From Clostridiales bacterium UBA1779 (GTDB taxonomy: Bacteria; Bacillota; Clostridia; Oscillospirales; CAG-272): a DNA stretch of 43,949 nucleotides. The DNA is taken from the NCBI GenBank assembly GCA_002314565.1, contig DCGL01000010.1, positions 1 through 43,949 on the forward strand, in the 5' to 3' direction. Positions 19,333-28,030 of the stretch are shown in pieces. Under the pieces are notes generated by a model, which worked only from the letters and a program-made list of their open reading frames with translations, did not search any database and had not been told where the DNA came from. Each line of letters starts with the position of its first letter. Positions within the stretch are counted from its first letter, which is position 1. The translations under genes were made by a program, and so were the position numbers.

Positions 19333-20283
19333 ATGGATAACACAAAAATCAATACTTCTCTTAAAAACACGGGCAGCACCGGTGTCATATATGAAAACAC
19401 GTCTCTTGCAGAAAATATTCTGAACGGAAATATTAGTGTGCGAGGAAATATGGGCTCCGTTTATGCCGAGGAAGCCGAACTGAACAGACGCATGATGAAA
19501 GCAAGAATGCAGAATCCGGAATATTATGCGTACAGTGATGAAATCAGCCGAGATACGAGCAACAGATACAGAACCGGAAACGGAGAAAACGGCAGCTATA
19601 TGACTGTCGATGATTACATCCGCTTCTGCTACGATAAGCAGATGTCTAAAAAAACGCACTCCACCGCTGCATCAGGTGTAAAGGCAGTTTCTGACGGAAT
19701 GTATGAAAGCAGACCTGCACATCCATATTCCTGCGTAAAGCTCAGGACTGCAAATAATTCGCTCGTCGGCAGAGAAGCCGTATATATGGGGGAGAGAGAG
19801 ACCGAAATGAAGGTCAGCCCTTACCGTGCCGAAAAAAGGGGAATGCTTCAGTATTTAGGGCAGAAATACGTCGGAAATGAAAAGGTTGTAAATGCAGGTA
19901 TAAATCCGCGACACGCTTCTGGTACCATTGCCTCAGTTGCAATTGTAATTTTGCTGGCTGTATCATTCATACTTCCGATAGTTCTGAGAGTAATGATTTT
20001 CAATGAAAGAAATACGATTGAAAATCTGAATTCAGAGATGAAGAGTGAAGAAGCTGAAATCGTACAGCTTAAATCCAAGATTGACGTAAAGAACAGCGAA
20101 GCAGATATCGAACGTCTGGCTATTGAAGTTTACGATATGACGTCACTTGATGAAAGCTCATACGACGTTATCAGTCTGAATCCGGAAAATATAATTGAAA
20201 AAGCGGAAAATTCAGAAAAAAAGAGCGTGGCATTGCCGGCACTTCTGAATGCACTTGGAATCCGTATACAGAATTCTGACTGA
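19333..20283 (+). CDS. FtsL-like bitopic cell-division protein with a long N-terminal extension
   Basis: It occupies the ftsL slot between rsmH and pbp. It has a single TM (IASVAIVILLAVSFILPIVL) followed by a coiled-coil-like segment. The first 190 aa or so have no recognisable motif. Confidence 0.55.
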   Translation: MDNTKINTSLKNTGSTGVIYENTSLAENILNGNISVRGNMGSVYAEEAELNRRMMKARMQNPEYYAYSDEISRDTSNRYRTGNGENGSYMTVDDYIRFCYDKQMSKKTHSTAASGVKAVSDGMYESRPAHPYSCVKLRTANNSLVGREAVYMGERETEMKVSPYRAEKRGMLQYLGQKYVGNEKVVNAGINPRHASGTIASVAIVILLAVSFILPIVLRVMIFNERNTIENLNSEMKSEEAEIVQLKSKIDVKNSEADIERLAIEVYDMTSLDESSYDVISLNPENIIEKAENSEKKSVALPALLNALGIRIQNSD

Positions 20284-20291
20284 ATGAACAG

Positions 20292-22676
20292 ATGAATCAA
20301 ATAAAAAATCGGGACAGGCTGAGATTCAGTCTGCGCTCGACTGCCATATTAGCTGCCATAGTCGGGGCAGCGGTCTTCCTCGGCGCCGTATTGTTCAGAA
20401 TCCAGATAACGGATTCCGAATATTATACGCAAAAGGTGGCCAATCAGCTGACCTATTCCGGAACGCTTAAAGCGTCACGAGGTGTAATCCTTGACTCGGA
20501 AGGGGAACAGCTGGCAGGGAATATTACGAAATACAGGATTTTTATCTCTCCGGACAGTATTATTGAAAGCAAAAAGACGGCAGCGGAAAAAATCACGGCA
20601 GAAAGACTGAAAAGTTCAGGTCCGATAGGACGCATTTTCGGCTCTTCTGCCAAAACCGAAACAGACGAAACGGATTCGGAAACATCAGTTTCCATAAGTA
20701 TTCATAAGGATATTATAATTGCCGTTGGACTGTCCGAAATATGCGGCGTGGATTTTCAGACCGTTCTTGAACTGACAGGGAAAAGCGGCAGACTGGATGA
20801 AACCGTAGTTGCCTCAGCCGACGAAGAGATGGCTCTGAAGGTTAAGGCTTTTATTCAAGAATACGGTCTTTCCGGACTTGTTTACGTTCAGGAAATCAGC
20901 GAAAGATACTATTTTTACGGGAATCTGGCTTCAAACGTTCTCGGCTTCACAGGGGCTTCCGGTGAAGGTCTGTACGGTCTCGAATATTATTACGACGAAT
21001 ATCTTTGCGGAACGGATGGAAGATATACGGCGTCAAAAGACAGAAGAAGCAACATAATCAATGACGAATATACCTCATACGTTGAACCTGAAAACGGTTC
21101 AACGCTGAATCTGACGATAAACAGAAAAGTACAGGAAATACTTGAAGAGCAGCTGCTTGAAGCCTGTAAAGACAGCAACGCTCTGAACGGCGGCTGCGGT
21201 ATCGTAATGAACGTAAAGACCGGGGCCATACTTGCAATGGCAAGCTATCCGGATTATGACTGCAACAACCCGAGGACGCTTACAGGTTTTTATGCCGACG
21301 AACTGAACTCATCCGCTTTTGATAGGGAAAGCGAAGAATATCTCGGACTTCTCGGTGAATTACAGCTTGAACTGTGGTCAAACAAAGCAGTCAGCTTTTC
21401 GTATATTCCCGGTTCTACCTTTAAAATAATAACTACCGGAATAGCTCTTGAATCAGCCAGAGTCAAGGCAACGGATAAGTACACCTGCAATGGCTCCGTA
21501 AGGGCTATTGACGGCACTTTGATACATTGTTCTAATTTATACGGACACGGCACCCTGACCTTCTCACAGGGCTTGCAGCAGTCTTGTAACCCGTGGTTTA
21601 TTAAAGCGGGACTTGAGGTCGGAACGAGTCTGTTTTACGATTACGTTGAAAATTTCGGGTATTTTACGAAATCCGGAATTGATCTTCCCGGTGAGGGAAG
21701 TACGATTTTCTGGTCAAGGGATTCGTTTTCACAGATGGACCTCACGACCTGCGCATTCGGTCAGAACTTCAAGGTCAGTCCAATACGCCATCTGGCATGC
21801 ATTGCCGCAATTGCAAACCAAGGGGTGCTCGTTGAACCGTACGTCGTTCAGTCGATTGAGGATTCTGACGGAAAAACCGTATACGCACATAAGACGGAAA
21901 CCGTAAGGCAGGTTTTGTCACAGAGCGTGGCACAGCAGGTTTCAAATATTCTTGCAGAGGGTGTAGCCGGCAACGGCGGTTCGCGTAACGCATACGTTGC
22001 AGGGTACCGTGTAGCAGCCAAAACGGGTACGTCTGAAAAAATCGGAGACGACGAAGAAAACAAAATCTGTTCCTGCGTTGCTTTTGCTCCGGTTGACGAC
22101 CCTGAAATCATAATGATGATAATTGTCGACTCCCCGACAGAGGGGACGATTTTCGGCAGCACGATTGCAGCTCCTTACGTATCGGAATGTCTGTCGGAAA
22201 TGCTCCCATATCTCGGGGTTGAGGCAGTATATACGGAAGCCGAAGAGGCAAAGAGAAACGTAACGGTCGGCGACTATGTCGGAACCGTTCCGTTTACAGC
22301 CCAATCGGCTATTGAAAAACTCGGACTTGACTACGAGATTGTCGGTAACGGAACGCAGGTTAGCGGTCAGGTTCCGGTGGCAGGTTCAAGTCTTCCGAAA
22401 GACAGCGGAAAAGTCGTTCTGTACCTCGGTGACAATACGCCGCAGAACGGTATACGCATACCCAATCTGCTCGGAATGTCAGCCGTTACGGCAAAACAGA
22501 CTCTGATAAATTACGGATTGAATATCAATATTGAAGGAACTTCGAATTACGATATCGGAAGCGGTTCCGCAGCCGGTGCAGTTGTAATCGAACAGTCACC
22601 CGCCGCGGGAAGCGCGGCAACCAGAGGCGACATTGTCAGGGTAACGTTCAGATACTTAAACATTTCGGACGACTGA
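20292..22676 (+). CDS. Class B penicillin-binding protein (FtsI/SpoVD/PBP2B type) with C-terminal PASTA domains
   Basis: N-terminal TM, transpeptidase motifs STFK (PGSTFKI), SCN (QQSCNPW) and KTGT (AAKTGTSE), and two PASTA-like repeats at the C-terminus. Confidence 0.92.
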   Translation: MNQIKNRDRLRFSLRSTAILAAIVGAAVFLGAVLFRIQITDSEYYTQKVANQLTYSGTLKASRGVILDSEGEQLAGNITKYRIFISPDSIIESKKTAAEKITAERLKSSGPIGRIFGSSAKTETDETDSETSVSISIHKDIIIAVGLSEICGVDFQTVLELTGKSGRLDETVVASADEEMALKVKAFIQEYGLSGLVYVQEISERYYFYGNLASNVLGFTGASGEGLYGLEYYYDEYLCGTDGRYTASKDRRSNIINDEYTSYVEPENGSTLNLTINRKVQEILEEQLLEACKDSNALNGGCGIVMNVKTGAILAMASYPDYDCNNPRTLTGFYADELNSSAFDRESEEYLGLLGELQLELWSNKAVSFSYIPGSTFKIITTGIALESARVKATDKYTCNGSVRAIDGTLIHCSNLYGHGTLTFSQGLQQSCNPWFIKAGLEVGTSLFYDYVENFGYFTKSGIDLPGEGSTIFWSRDSFSQMDLTTCAFGQNFKVSPIRHLACIAAIANQGVLVEPYVVQSIEDSDGKTVYAHKTETVRQVLSQSVAQQVSNILAEGVAGNGGSRNAYVAGYRVAAKTGTSEKIGDDEENKICSCVAFAPVDDPEIIMMIIVDSPTEGTIFGSTIAAPYVSECLSEMLPYLGVEAVYTEAEEAKRNVTVGDYVGTVPFTAQSAIEKLGLDYEIVGNGTQVSGQVPVAGSSLPKDSGKVVLYLGDNTPQNGIRIPNLLGMSAVTAKQTLINYGLNINIEGTSNYDIGSGSAAGAVVIEQSPAAGSAATRGDIVRVTFRYLNISDD

Positions 22677-22899
22677 TAAAAAAGGACACGGTCGACCGAT
22701 AAAAAAGGACACTTAAGACCGATAAAAAAAGGACACGTACGACCGAAAAAAAGAACACTTAAGACCGATAAAAAAGGACATGGTCGACCGATAAAAAAGA
22801 ACACTTAAGACCGATAAAAAAGAACACTTAAGACCGTTAATAAGAACACGTAAGACCGATAAAAAAGAACACGTACGACCGATATTAAGTGTCACGTAC
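22671..22899. repeat. Ten head-to-tail copies of a 22-24-bp unit GACCGATAAAAAAG(G/A)ACAC + 4-5 nt
   Basis: Units start at 22671, 22694, 22717, 22741, 22763, 22786, 22809, 22832, 22854 and 22877. Unit 0 contains the pbp TGA stop. There are no spacers between units. Confidence 0.95.
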
Positions 22900-22945
22900 G
22901 ACTTATAATTATTATCTCTGATAAGAGATAATATACATTAAAGAC

Positions 22946-23215
22946 GACTGAAACAAAAAGCAGTCCGGGTCACGGTTCCGGCAAAGCCGGGGATGTAAGA
23001 AATCCACCGGTCTGAAGCCACGATTCACTGAAAAATCAGGAAAACAAATTAATAAATTAACCATCCCGCCGGATGCAGAACCGTATGTGCATTCGAGGCC
23101 GTAAGTGTATGAGCCGGCGGGATAAACCCGGCGCGTGCCGGGCAGCAAATACACAGGCCGAAGTCGGGGCTGCCGCTTATGCGGCGGCTCCGGTGAAGGT
23201 TCGCAATTCAAAGGG
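22946..23215 (+). ncRNA. Candidate structured RNA / murF leader, family not recognised
   Basis: GC-rich stacked helices in a region with no plausible coding potential. They comprise a three-way junction at 22961-23014, a 10-bp stem 23063-23072/23114-23123, a hairpin at 23127-23142, and an 11-bp hairpin at 23166-23191. Strand is assumed from operon direction. Confidence 0.3.
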
Positions 23216-23238
23216 GGCATAGAAGGCGGTTTTCTGCG

Positions 23239-24699
23239 ATGTTCGTAAATCTTGCAAAAAATGATATATCCGTGGAAGAATTCGCAAAATTATGCGCGGG
23301 TTCACTTACCCGGGGCGGTGCAGACGGCCTCCGGGTTTGTTCCGTTTGTACGGACTCAAGAGAAATTGTCCCCGGATGTGTTTTTGCCGCGATCCGCGGA
23401 GCGAAAGCCGACGGACACAATTACCTTGGAACCGCTCTCGAAAAGGGGGCTTCCTGTGTGCTTGTCGAGCACGTCGTTCCCGAATATGCCGGAAAAATCA
23501 ATCAGGTATGCGTTGACGAGACAGTTGCTGCCATCGGACGTTTTGCACTGAATTACAGAGCGGAAAATCATCCCTGCACAGTTGCCGTCACCGGAAGTGT
23601 CGGCAAGACCACGGCAAAGGAAATGATTTCCTGCGTTCTTTCTTCGAAAAACTGCTATCACTCAAGAGGCAATTTCAACAGCATACTCGGAATGCCTATG
23701 TCAGTAATCTCGGAACCCTGCGGCTGCGGCTGCGCCGTCTACGAAATGGGACTTGAAGAGCGCGGTGAAATTTCCGCAATGTCACACATATCAAAACCCG
23801 ATATTGCCGTTATCACCAATGTGGGCTCCTCTCATCTCGAACATATCGGAAGCCGTGAAAAGCTTCTGTATGAAAAGCTTTCGGTCAGAGACGGACTTCG
23901 TCCCGGCGGGGCACTGATTCTCGATTTTATGCTTGCCCGCGAAGCAAAAGATCTGCTGGCGGATTCCGGGAACACAAATATCCTGACTTTTTCTCTGAGC
24001 GGTGAAAAAGGGGCTGATTACAGCGTCGTCAATCTGAAAGAGAACGGAACGGAACAGAGCTTTGACGTAATCTGTCCCGGAAGGATACTGAAAAATCTGA
24101 AAATAAACCTTTACGGCTGGCACAACGTTCAGGCTGCCCTCACAGCCTGCGCAGTTGCCGATGTTATGAAGCTCGGCGAAGACGAAATCAGGTCAGGTCT
24201 TGAGGCTTACAAGCCCGTATCGCTGCGTCAGGAGGTCTCGTCCATTGCAGGCGTAACAATTATCAACGACTGCTACAATGCCTCTCCCGAATCCATGAGG
24301 GCTGCCTGCGACGTCCTGTGCGGCAAGAGCCTTAATTGCTGCGGAAAACGCGTGGCAATACTCGGCGATATGCTTGAACTGGGAAGCGAATCGGAACGTA
24401 TGCATTATGAGGTAGGCAGATATTTTGCATCCCACGGACTTGACGCGCTTATCTGTTTCGGTCCCGAGTCACACAAATATGAGGAAGGCGCAGGAAGCGT
24501 TCTGATGGAAGATATGATTTTCTGCTTCCCGGACAAAACAAAGCCTGAACTTCCCGCTGAGAAAGCTTATGAACTTCTTTGCAGCGGTGACGCTGTACTG
24601 ATAAAAGCAAGCCGCGGTCTTGCAGCTGAGAGAATTACGGATATTCTCAGGAACCGTCTCGTGGGAACCGCAAAAACTGATGAAGGAGAAAAAAGATGA
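23239..24699 (+). CDS. murF: UDP-N-acetylmuramoyl-tripeptide--D-alanyl-D-alanine ligase
   Basis: Mur ligase P-loop VTGSVGKTTAKEM with MurF-type N- and C-domains. The stop overlaps the mraY start (ATGA). Confidence 0.93.
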   Translation: MFVNLAKNDISVEEFAKLCAGSLTRGGADGLRVCSVCTDSREIVPGCVFAAIRGAKADGHNYLGTALEKGASCVLVEHVVPEYAGKINQVCVDETVAAIGRFALNYRAENHPCTVAVTGSVGKTTAKEMISCVLSSKNCYHSRGNFNSILGMPMSVISEPCGCGCAVYEMGLEERGEISAMSHISKPDIAVITNVGSSHLEHIGSREKLLYEKLSVRDGLRPGGALILDFMLAREAKDLLADSGNTNILTFSLSGEKGADYSVVNLKENGTEQSFDVICPGRILKNLKINLYGWHNVQAALTACAVADVMKLGEDEIRSGLEAYKPVSLRQEVSSIAGVTIINDCYNASPESMRAACDVLCGKSLNCCGKRVAILGDMLELGSESERMHYEVGRYFASHGLDALICFGPESHKYEEGAGSVLMEDMIFCFPDKTKPELPAEKAYELLCSGDAVLIKASRGLAAERITDILRNRLVGTAKTDEGEKR

Positions 24700-25691
24700 C
24701 ACTTCCTATATTGTGCTTTTCAATTACAATCACCCTGTTTGCCTTTTTGTGCACCGTAATTCTTCTTCGTATGCTTATACCCGTACTTACAAGTCATAAA
24801 ATAGGGCAGAAAATTTATGATATCGGTCCACGCTGGCATAAGTCTAAGGAGGGAACTCCGATAATGGGCGGAGTGTCCTTTATCATACCTGTTGCCATAG
24901 CAGTTTTGTTCTTCACCCTTCTGTCCGGCCTCGGCGGCAAATTCAGAACCGAATCCACAAGCTTCGGCATTCTGCTTCTTGCACTTCCGAACGGTGCCAT
25001 CGGTTTTATAGATGATTATACAAAGCTGATAAAGAAACAGAACCAGGGACTCAAGGCCTGGCAGAAGCTCGTTCTGCAGCTTGCGGTATCGGGTGCCTTC
25101 GTAGCTTTCCTTGCCTTATCCGGTATGGTTAGCACGAAGCTGTACGTACCGTATTTCAAAGTTCGTGCGGATCTTGGAATTTTCTACTATATTTTCCTCG
25201 TTTTGTTCATTACCGGAACCGTGAATTCAGTGAATCTGACTGACGGTATTGACGGCCTCGCCGCCAGCGTGACTTCGTTTATTGCCCTCCTTTTCACCGT
25301 TTTCGCGGTAGTGAAGGGGAATATCGGACTCGCATCGGCCCCGGCTTCTCTGCTCGGCGGCTGTGCCGGGTTCCTGGTTTACAACACCTATCCCGCAAAG
25401 ATCTTTATGGGGGACACGGGATCGCTTTTCCTCGGCGGAATGGTCGCGGGACTTGCAATTGCCGTAAACAACCCATTGATTCTGCTCGTGTGCGGAATTA
25501 TCTACTATATTGAAGAACTGTCTGTAATTCTTCAGGTCGGTTATTTCAAACTGACACACGGAAAGCGCCTTTTCAAAATGGCACCCATTCACCATCATTT
25601 TGAAAAATGCGGATGGAGTGAACTGATGATAGTTGCAGTATTTTCAACAGTAACTCTTCTGTGCTGCGTACTCGCATGGTTCGGTCTGTAA
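24696..25691 (+). CDS. mraY: Phospho-N-acetylmuramoyl-pentapeptide transferase
   Basis: Ten-TM protein with NLTDGIDGLA, MGDTGSLFLGG and PIHHHFE motifs. SD GAAGGAG upstream. Confidence 0.96.
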   Translation: MTLPILCFSITITLFAFLCTVILLRMLIPVLTSHKIGQKIYDIGPRWHKSKEGTPIMGGVSFIIPVAIAVLFFTLLSGLGGKFRTESTSFGILLLALPNGAIGFIDDYTKLIKKQNQGLKAWQKLVLQLAVSGAFVAFLALSGMVSTKLYVPYFKVRADLGIFYYIFLVLFITGTVNSVNLTDGIDGLAASVTSFIALLFTVFAVVKGNIGLASAPASLLGGCAGFLVYNTYPAKIFMGDTGSLFLGGMVAGLAIAVNNPLILLVCGIIYYIEELSVILQVGYFKLTHGKRLFKMAPIHHHFEKCGWSELMIVAVFSTVTLLCCVLAWFGL

Positions 25692-26833
25692 ACAAAAAAG
25701 AAAACGTCTTTCAGGGTACGGAGAGACTCTACGTCAAGAGTGCCCCCGACCTGATATATTTTATTCTGGTTCTGATACTCGTTGCACTGGGGTCCGTTAT
25801 GCTTTTCAGTGCCGGCAGTGCATACGTCGATGAAAACGAACCGCTTGCCGTGTTAAAGGAAAGACTGATTTATCTCGGGGCAGGAGCGGGAATTGCGGCA
25901 ATCTGCATTTTGGCCATAAGCCCCAAATGGGGAAAAATCGGCGGAGCGCTTATGTACTTGGGGGCGGTCGTCCTTCTTTGTGCCGTTCTTGTAATAGGCG
26001 TAACCAGAAACGGAGCCAGAAGGTGGCTGAATTTCGGGGCATTTATGTTTCAGCCCTCAGAGGCAGCCAAAACGGCTCTCATTCTGGTCCTTGCTGCATA
26101 TTTCAGCGTTGATACCGAAAGACTGAGATGGAAAAACGGGAAATGGCGCAGTATTTTTTACGGTATTGTGATTCCCGGTATCATAACTGCGATACCCTGC
26201 GGACTTATTCTGATGGAAAAGCATATGTCCGGTACTCTTATCGTTGCGGCTCTGGGAATTCTGATGATGTTCCTTGGAGGAACCAATATCCTGATACTTA
26301 TCGGTACGGGAGCAGGGGGAGCAGCGGCTCTCGGTGCTCTTGCCTGGAATATTGAATATACGAGAAAACGTATTGAAGGTCTTCTGAACCGCGGCAGCAA
26401 CGCGGATAACGATTATCAGACGACAGAGGGACTGTATGCAATGGGAACCGGAGGCTTCTTCGGAAGAGGACTCGGAAATTCCCAGCTGAAATACGGATAC
26501 ATACCCGAAGTCAGCAACGATTTCATCTTTGCAGTCGTTGCCGAGGAGCTCGGCTTTTTCGGGGCAGTGGTGGTTATTCTTCTGTTCACGGCTCTGACCG
26601 GCCGCGGAATCCGCTTGTCACAGCGTTCGTCGGACAGATTCGTGTCTCTGGCGGTAGCAGGACTTTCATTCAAATTTGCAATTCATGCCATACTGAATAT
26701 CGGCGTCGTTGCCGCCGTTCTTCCAAACACGGGAATATCTCTGCCTTTTTTCAGCAGCGGAGGAAGCGCAACACTAATACAGATGTTCGATGCAGGGGTG
26801 ATTCTCGGCCTTTCGAGATACTGCAACGACTGA
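25676..26833 (+). CDS. ftsW: SEDS-family peptidoglycan glycosyltransferase FtsW/SpoVE
   Basis: Polytopic membrane protein with QPSE, the GTGGFFGRGLGNS loop and LPNTGISLPFFSSGGS. The start could be ATG 25676 or GTG 25661, and either overlaps the mraY end. Confidence 0.9.
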   Translation: MVRSVNKKENVFQGTERLYVKSAPDLIYFILVLILVALGSVMLFSAGSAYVDENEPLAVLKERLIYLGAGAGIAAICILAISPKWGKIGGALMYLGAVVLLCAVLVIGVTRNGARRWLNFGAFMFQPSEAAKTALILVLAAYFSVDTERLRWKNGKWRSIFYGIVIPGIITAIPCGLILMEKHMSGTLIVAALGILMMFLGGTNILILIGTGAGGAAALGALAWNIEYTRKRIEGLLNRGSNADNDYQTTEGLYAMGTGGFFGRGLGNSQLKYGYIPEVSNDFIFAVVAEELGFFGAVVVILLFTALTGRGIRLSQRSSDRFVSLAVAGLSFKFAIHAILNIGVVAAVLPNTGISLPFFSSGGSATLIQMFDAGVILGLSRYCND

Positions 26834-26893
26834 TTCCGAGAATAATTTAAGCAGAAAGCTTTAACATTTTAATCAATAAGACGGGAGCGGGAA

Positions 26894-28024
26894 ATGAGAA
26901 TACTTAACACAGGCGGGGGGACGGGCGGACACGTCAATCCGGCACTTGCCATCGCCGAAACAGTAAAACAGAATATTCCCGAGACGGAAATCGCTTTCGT
27001 CGGAACCGACCGCGGACTGGAAAATACTCTGGTTCCCAAGGCCGGATATAAGCTTTACCACGTCAACGTCAGGGGCTTTGAGCGCAGACTGAGTCTGAAG
27101 AACATACGAGCAGCCTGGCTTGCTCTTGTGTCCCCGCTTAAAGCAGGTAAAATTGTTAAGGAGTTCAGGCCGGATATTGTCATCGGTACCGGCGGATACG
27201 TCAGCTGGCCGGTCCTGGTTGCTGCTTCCAAAAGAAAAATCCCGACTGCAGTTCATGAATCAAATGCAGTTCCGGGACTTGCCGTCAGAAAGCTTGTACC
27301 TTACGTCGACAGAATTTATCTCAACTTCAAAATAAGCGCAGAAAAGCTCGGTGATGAAGCAAAAGGAAAAACTCTTCACGTCGGCTGTCCTCTGCGTTCG
27401 GATATCGGAAAAATTTCCTCATCCGACGCCAAGAGACGTCTGGGAATTGACGGGTATGCTTTCTCTGTCGTTTCATTCGGCGGCAGTCTCGGTGCCGGAA
27501 GACTAAATGAAGCTGCCTTCGATCTTATGGAAAACTATATCAGTGTCCATCCGGAAATCAACTACGTTCATGCAACGGGGGAAGGATATTTCGAAGAGGC
27601 TTCAAAGCGTTTCCTTGCCCTCGGACTTGACAGATATCCGAATATACGTCTTGTCAAGTATATCCACGATATGCCGCTGCGTCTTGCTGCAGCCGACCTG
27701 ATCATAAGCAGATCAGGAGCGATAACGGTCTCGGAGCTTTCAAGAGCCGGAAGAGCGGCGATTCTGATTCCCTCGCCAAACGTGACTGACAATCAGCAGT
27801 ATAAAAACGCAAAAGTGCCTGCAGACTGCGGCGGAGCGGTTCTCATCGAAGAAAAAGACCTTGAACCGGGTACTCTGTCAAAAGTGCTGGACAGACTGTT
27901 TGCGGATCCTTTGAAACTCATTGATATGGGCAGAAGTATCTCTTCAATTTCACCATCTGACGCAAACAAGAGAATCTTTGACGATATTATGGCTCTCACG
28001 GGTCATAAAGACGACGTTGACTGA
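26894..28024 (+). CDS. murG: UDP-N-acetylglucosamine--N-acetylmuramyl-(pentapeptide) pyrophosphoryl-undecaprenol GlcNAc transferase
   Basis: GGGTGGHVNPALAIAE N-terminal motif and GT28 architecture in dcw context. Confidence 0.95.
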   Translation: MRILNTGGGTGGHVNPALAIAETVKQNIPETEIAFVGTDRGLENTLVPKAGYKLYHVNVRGFERRLSLKNIRAAWLALVSPLKAGKIVKEFRPDIVIGTGGYVSWPVLVAASKRKIPTAVHESNAVPGLAVRKLVPYVDRIYLNFKISAEKLGDEAKGKTLHVGCPLRSDIGKISSSDAKRRLGIDGYAFSVVSFGGSLGAGRLNEAAFDLMENYISVHPEINYVHATGEGYFEEASKRFLALGLDRYPNIRLVKYIHDMPLRLAAADLIISRSGAITVSELSRAGRAAILIPSPNVTDNQQYKNAKVPADCGGAVLIEEKDLEPGTLSKVLDRLFADPLKLIDMGRSISSISPSDANKRIFDDIMALTGHKDDVD

Positions 28025-28030
28025 ACAGCT

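Noticed and set aside
22547-22895. Minus-strand ORFs 22547-22804 (85 aa) and 22713-22895 (60 aa) with repetitive GRTCPFLSVLSVLF peptides
   Set aside because: They are translation artefacts of the 23-bp tandem repeat. They have no SD and overlap the pbp 3' end.
22671-22899. Possible CRISPR array, given regularly spaced short repeats
   Set aside because: The units abut each other with no unique spacers. The unit is only 22-24 bp and A-rich, and no cas genes or leader are present in the window. It is a plain tandem repeat.
22946-23215. Identity as RNase P RNA, tmRNA, SRP RNA, 6S RNA, or an FMN, cobalamin, TPP, glycine or c-di-GMP riboswitch
   Set aside because: Short similarities exist (AGUCCGGG, AACCCGGC, GGGGAUGUA, CCGGCAAAGCC). 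The diagnostic cores are missing: GAGGAAAGUCCGGGC with ACAGAACCCGGCUUA, a tag ORF and CCA end, GGAA/AGCA domain IV, and the riboswitch-specific boxes.
22912-23220. 102-aa minus-strand ORF, and a 49-aa plus-strand ORF starting at 23073, in the pbp-murF spacer
   Set aside because: The composition is Pro/Arg/Cys-rich and looks like random GC-rich translation. Neither has an SD. The region is better explained by RNA helices.
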